Below are positions 28,285-32,000 of a stretch of DNA of 32,000 bases, in pieces. The notes under the pieces are model-generated. The model saw only the letters and a program-made list of their open reading frames with translations, did not search any database and had not been told where the DNA came from. Where the stretch lies: assembly GCF_014252415.1 (NCBI RefSeq), contig NZ_CP059223.1:420001-452000 (forward strand), written 5' to 3'. Made by a program: the position numbers and the translations under genes. This stretch comes from Candidatus Saccharimonadota bacterium. Lineage in GTDB: Bacteria; Bacteroidota; Bacteroidia; Flavobacteriales; Blattabacteriaceae. Position 1 is the stretch's first letter. Every line of letters starts with the position of its first letter.

Positions 28285-29238
28285 TTATTCATCAAAAACT
28301 CCCATAGATAAATATTTATTTTTTCTATATCTAACAATTGATTCTATATCGATTTTAGATAATTCCTTATAATATTTCATTATTTTTTTCTTTACTATTT
28401 TAAAAGCTTTTTCAGGAAAAAAATGAGCTCCCCCTAAGGGTTCTTTAATTATATCATCTATAAGATTATACTTATACATTTTATCTGCCGTTAATTTTAA
28501 TCCAGATGAAGATTCTTCTTTTTTATTCCAATTTCCCCAAAGTATCGTAGAACAACTTTCTGGAGAAATTATAGAAAACCAAGAATTTTCCATCATAGAA
28601 ACTTTATCACCTATTCCAATACCTAATGCCCCCCCACTAGCTCCTTCTCCAATAATTAAAACAATAATAGGAACTTTTAAACACATCATCTCATATATAT
28701 TTTTTCCTATAGCTTCCCCTTGTCCTCTTTTTTCTGCATCCATTCCTGGAAATGCTCCTGGAGTATCAATAAATGTAATAATAGGTTTTCTAAATTTTTC
28801 TGATAATTTCATAAGACGTAATGCTTTTCTATATCCTTCTGGATTAGGCATTCCAAATCTTCTATATTGTCTATCTTTAATATTTCTACCTTTTTGAGTA
28901 CCTATTATCATAAAGGTAATTTCATCTATTTTTCCAAATCCACCTATTATTGCCTTATCATCACTAAAATTACGATCTCCATGTAATTCTATAAAAGATT
29001 TTTTTGTTAAATATTGTACATAATCTAATGTATAAGGTCTATTAGGATGTCTAGATAATTGAACTCGTTGCCAAGGCGTTAAATTGGTATGTATTTTTTT
29101 TATTATTTTTTCCATTTTATTCTTCAATTGATCACAAACATTTTTCATATCTATTCCACTTTTTTTCTCTATGATTAAACAATTGATATATTGTTTTTGA
29201 ATTTCTTGTATTGGTTGTTCAAAATCTAAATATTCCAT
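28285..29238 (-). CDS. accA: Acetyl-CoA carboxylase carboxyltransferase subunit alpha
   Basis: The AccA N-terminus [13 protein letters not shown] begins at the ATG at 29238. The ORF track's TTG at 29259 adds 7 residues and overlaps sdhB. Family motifs are [11 protein letters not shown] and [13 protein letters not shown]. Confidence 0.9.
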   Translation of the reverse strand: MEYLDFEQPIQEIQKQYINCLIIEKKSGIDMKNVCDQLKNKMEKIIKKIHTNLTPWQRVQLSRHPNRPYTLDYVQYLTKKSFIELHGDRNFSDDKAIIGGFGKIDEITFMIIGTQKGRNIKDRQYRRFGMPNPEGYRKALRLMKLSEKFRKPIITFIDTPGAFPGMDAEKRGQGEAIGKNIYEMMCLKVPIIVLIIGEGASGGALGIGIGDKVSMMENSWFSIISPESCSTILWGNWNKKEESSSGLKLTADKMYKYNLIDDIIKEPLGGAHFFPEKAFKIVKKKIMKYYKELSKIDIESIVRYRKNKYLSMGVFDE

Positions 29239-29255
29239 ATTAAAATAATTTAAAA

Positions 29256-30011
29256 TCAAAAAAATGAAAGAATATATTCTTTATTTAAAATAGAAATATG
29301 TTCAGTGGATATTCCCTTTGGACATTCAACTTCACAAGTTTTTGTATTAGTACAACTCCCAAATCCTTCTTCATCCATTTTATTTACCATATTTATTACT
29401 CTTTTTTTTCTTTCTATTTGACCTTGGGGGATCATAGATAATTGTGCAATTTTTGAGGAAACAAATAACATAGCAGATCCATTTTTACATGAAGCTACAC
29501 ATGCTCCACATCCAATACAAGAAGCTGCATTAAAAGATTTTTCTGATTGATTTTTAGATATTAAAATATTATTTCCATCCACTGTATTTCCAAATGTATT
29601 AACCGAAATAAAACCACCAGATGAAATAATTCTATCAAAAGAAGATCTATCCACAATAAGATCTTTAATAATAGGGAACGATTTAGATCTCCATGGTTCT
29701 ATCCATATAGTTTCATTATTAACAAAATTTCTCATATATAATTGACAAGTTGTAGTTAACTTATCAGGTCCATGAGCTCTCCCATTTATATATAGGGAAC
29801 ACATTCCACATATCCCCTCTCTACAATCGTGATCAAATGATATAGGATCTTCTTTTTTTGAGAAAATAATATTGTTATTTACTATATCCAACATTTCTAA
29901 AAAAGAACTATTAGGAGATATATTATTAACCTTATAAGTTTTAAACTTTCCTATTTTTACACTATTATTTTGTCTCCAAATTTTTAATTTGAAATTAAGT
30001 AAATTGTCCAT
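29256..30011 (-). CDS. sdhB: Succinate dehydrogenase / fumarate reductase iron-sulfur subunit
   Basis: 251 aa with an ATG start. Three Fe-S cysteine clusters are present: CREGICGMC...[12 protein letters not shown] and [12 protein letters not shown]. It is directly downstream of sdhA. Confidence 0.92.
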   Translation of the reverse strand: MDNLLNFKLKIWRQNNSVKIGKFKTYKVNNISPNSSFLEMLDIVNNNIIFSKKEDPISFDHDCREGICGMCSLYINGRAHGPDKLTTTCQLYMRNFVNNETIWIEPWRSKSFPIIKDLIVDRSSFDRIISSGGFISVNTFGNTVDGNNILISKNQSEKSFNAASCIGCGACVASCKNGSAMLFVSSKIAQLSMIPQGQIERKKRVINMVNKMDEEGFGSCTNTKTCEVECPKGISTEHISILNKEYILSFF

Positions 30012-30018
30012 ATAATAA

Positions 30019-32000
30019 TTATTTATAAGACCTTGATTCTATTTTAATATATTTAAAATCTAAATTTTCTTTATGAATCATTTCTTCACTAATTTTTTTA
30101 TTCGATAAATATTCCCAAGCAAAAACATTTTTATATTTTATGTCATCACGTAATGCTTCTCCATCTTTTGTTTGATATTCTTCTCTAAAATGACTACCAC
30201 AAGATTCATTTCTCTTTAAAGCATCCATAGCCATCAATTCTCCTAATTCTAAAAAATCAGCTAATCGTATAGCTTTTTCTAGTTCATAATTCATTCCATT
30301 TTCTATTTCATTTCCAGGTACTATAACATTTTTCCAAAATTCATTACGAATTTCTTTTATATATTCTATAGACTTCATTAATCCATTAACATTTCTTGTC
30401 ATTCCTATATATTTCCACATAATATTTCCAAGCTTTTTATGAAAAAAATCTACTGATTTTTTACCTTTTATTTTAATTAGTTTTCTAATTATATTTTTTA
30501 CTTTTTTTTCAGATTTTGTAAATTCATTATTTTTTACTGTTAATTTATGTTTTTCATTTACATATTTAGATAAATAATTAGAAATAGTATAAGGAAGAAT
30601 AAAGTATCCATCTGCCAATCCTTGCATTAATGCCGAAGCACCTAATCTATTAGCTCCATGATCTGAAAAATTTGCTTCTCCTATAACAAAACATCCTGGA
30701 ATAGTAGACATTAGATGATAATCAACCCATAACCCCCCCATAGTATAATGAACTGCAGGATAAATTTTCATAGGAACATAAAATGGGTCATCATTAGTAA
30801 TTCTTTTATACATATGAAATAAATTACCATATTTAGCATTTATTACTTTTTTCCCCATATTTTTTAATTTTGAATAATTTATTCTTTTTAAATCCATACC
30901 TAATTCATTCGCTATTTCTTTTCCATATTTAATCATAGAATGTTCAAAATCTAAAAATACTCCTTCTTTTGTTTCATTGTTTTCTATACCATATCCTTTA
31001 TCACAACGTTCTTTAGAGGCTCTAGATGCTACATCTCTTGGAACAAGATTTCCAAAAGAAGGATAACGTCTTTCTAAAAAATAGTCTCTTTCTTTTTCAT
31101 TAATATCCGATGGTTTTTTTTTACCAATCCGTATTAAAACAGAATCTTCAATTTTTATTGGTACCCATATTCTTCCATCATTACGTAATGATTCAGACAT
31201 TAATGTTAATTTAGATTGATAATTACCATGTATTGGTATACATGTTGGATGTATTTGTGTAAAACATGGATTAGCAAAATATCCTCCATTTTTATGAACT
31301 TTCCATATAACACTAGCATTAGACCCCATAGCATTAGTAGATAAAAAAAATATATTACCATATCCTCCCGAAGCTATAACTACAGCATGGGATACATGTT
31401 TTTCTATTTCTCCAGTTAATAAATTTCTAGTAATTATACCTCTAGCACATCCGTCAACAATTACTAAATCCAACATATCATGTCTACTATACATTTTTAT
31501 TCTTCCTTTCCCTATTTGCCTAGACATGGCAGAATAACAAGCTAATAAAAGTTGTTGACCAGTTTGTCCTTTTGAATAAAAAGTTCTTGAAACTTTTGTT
31601 CCTCCAAATGATCTAGTATCAAGATAACCAGCATAATCACGAGCAAAAGGAACACCTTGTGCCACACATTGATCTATAATATCAGAAGATATTTCTGATA
31701 AACGATATACATTAGATTCTCTAGATCTAAAATCACCACCTTTTATTGTATCATAAAATAATTGATAAGTTGAATCGTTATCAATTTTATAATTTTTAGA
31801 AGCATTAATTCCTCCCTGAGCTGCAACAGAATGAGCTCTTCTTGGAGAATCTTGATAACAAAACGATTTTACTTTATAACCTAATTCAGCCAGAGTTGAT
31901 GCAGCAGATCCACCCGCAAGTCCTGTACCAACTACGATTATTTCTATCTTATTTCGATTATTAGGTGATATTTTTTTTAGAGAATATTTACAATTTCTCC
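30019..32000 (-). CDS. sdhA: Succinate dehydrogenase / fumarate reductase flavoprotein subunit (5' end beyond window)
   Basis: The ORF track starts at an internal GTG (31665), but the frame stays open to the window edge. Hand translation of 31921-31998 gives ...[18 protein letters not shown], the FAD-binding GxGxxG N-terminus. Downstream blocks are [19 protein letters not shown] and [12 protein letters not shown] few tens of N-terminal codons are missing from the window. Confidence 0.93.
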   Translation of the reverse strand, partial: RNCKYSLKKISPNNRNKIEIIVVGTGLAGGSAASTLAELGYKVKSFCYQDSPRRAHSVAAQGGINASKNYKIDNDSTYQLFYDTIKGGDFRSRESNVYRLSEISSDIIDQCVAQGVPFARDYAGYLDTRSFGGTKVSRTFYSKGQTGQQLLLACYSAMSRQIGKGRIKMYSRHDMLDLVIVDGCARGIITRNLLTGEIEKHVSHAVVIASGGYGNIFFLSTNAMGSNASVIWKVHKNGGYFANPCFTQIHPTCIPIHGNYQSKLTLMSESLRNDGRIWVPIKIEDSVLIRIGKKKPSDINEKERDYFLERRYPSFGNLVPRDVASRASKERCDKGYGIENNETKEGVFLDFEHSMIKYGKEIANELGMDLKRINYSKLKNMGKKVINAKYGNLFHMYKRITNDDPFYVPMKIYPAVHYTMGGLWVDYHLMSTIPGCFVIGEANFSDHGANRLGASALMQGLADGYFILPYTISNYLSKYVNEKHKLTVKNNEFTKSEKKVKNIIRKLIKIKGKKSVDFFHKKLGNIMWKYIGMTRNVNGLMKSIEYIKEIRNEFWKNVIVPGNEIENGMNYELEKAIRLADFLELGELMAMDALKRNESCGSHFREEYQTKDGEALRDDIKYKNVFAWEYLSNKKISEEMIHKENLDFKYIKIESRSYK

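Overview
This window is very AT-rich (low-to-mid 20s % GC by eye), has almost no spacers, and consists almost entirely of core housekeeping genes. That pattern fits a reduced-genome Flavobacteriales (Bacteroidota) insect endosymbiont, probably Blattabacterium-like, though the exact taxon cannot be fixed without a database search. Three things support a Bacteroidota origin: a long type-2 IleRS, the SdhAB/FrdAB type, and TTTG-N19/20-TAnnTTTG promoter boxes.

Gene order:
- tRNA-Val, folC (-), glnS (+)
- A long minus-strand block: rpoC-rpoB-rplL-rplJ-rplA-rplK-nusG-secE-tRNATrp-tuf-tRNA(Thr,Gly,Tyr,Thr)
- lspA-ileS (-), mutS (+), tRNA-Gly/tRNA-Leu (+), guaB (-)
- One small orphan ORF (+)
- A minus-strand run rplS-glmM-dnaB-accA-sdhB-sdhA, with sdhA running off the window end

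I see no CRISPR array, mobile element, defence or toxin-antitoxin module, large repeat or pseudogene, and no multi-gene novel system can be supported from the sequence. The only accessory-looking locus is the unusually long gap between guaB and rplS (24390-24959). It holds a candidate promoter box, a 96-98 aa ORF with a lipoprotein signal peptide and a GC-enriched disordered Asn/Glu/Ser tail, and a long hairpin. It is the best candidate for something undescribed, but it is a single orphan gene.

Secondary oddities:
- glnS is intact but has no ATG/GTG/TTG start.
- Identical TAGATTTG -7 boxes sit in front of both multi-tRNA clusters.
- Convergent genes lie 13 bp apart with no terminator.
- A10 homopolymer runs sit inside essential genes.
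- The GlmM active-site signature is altered.
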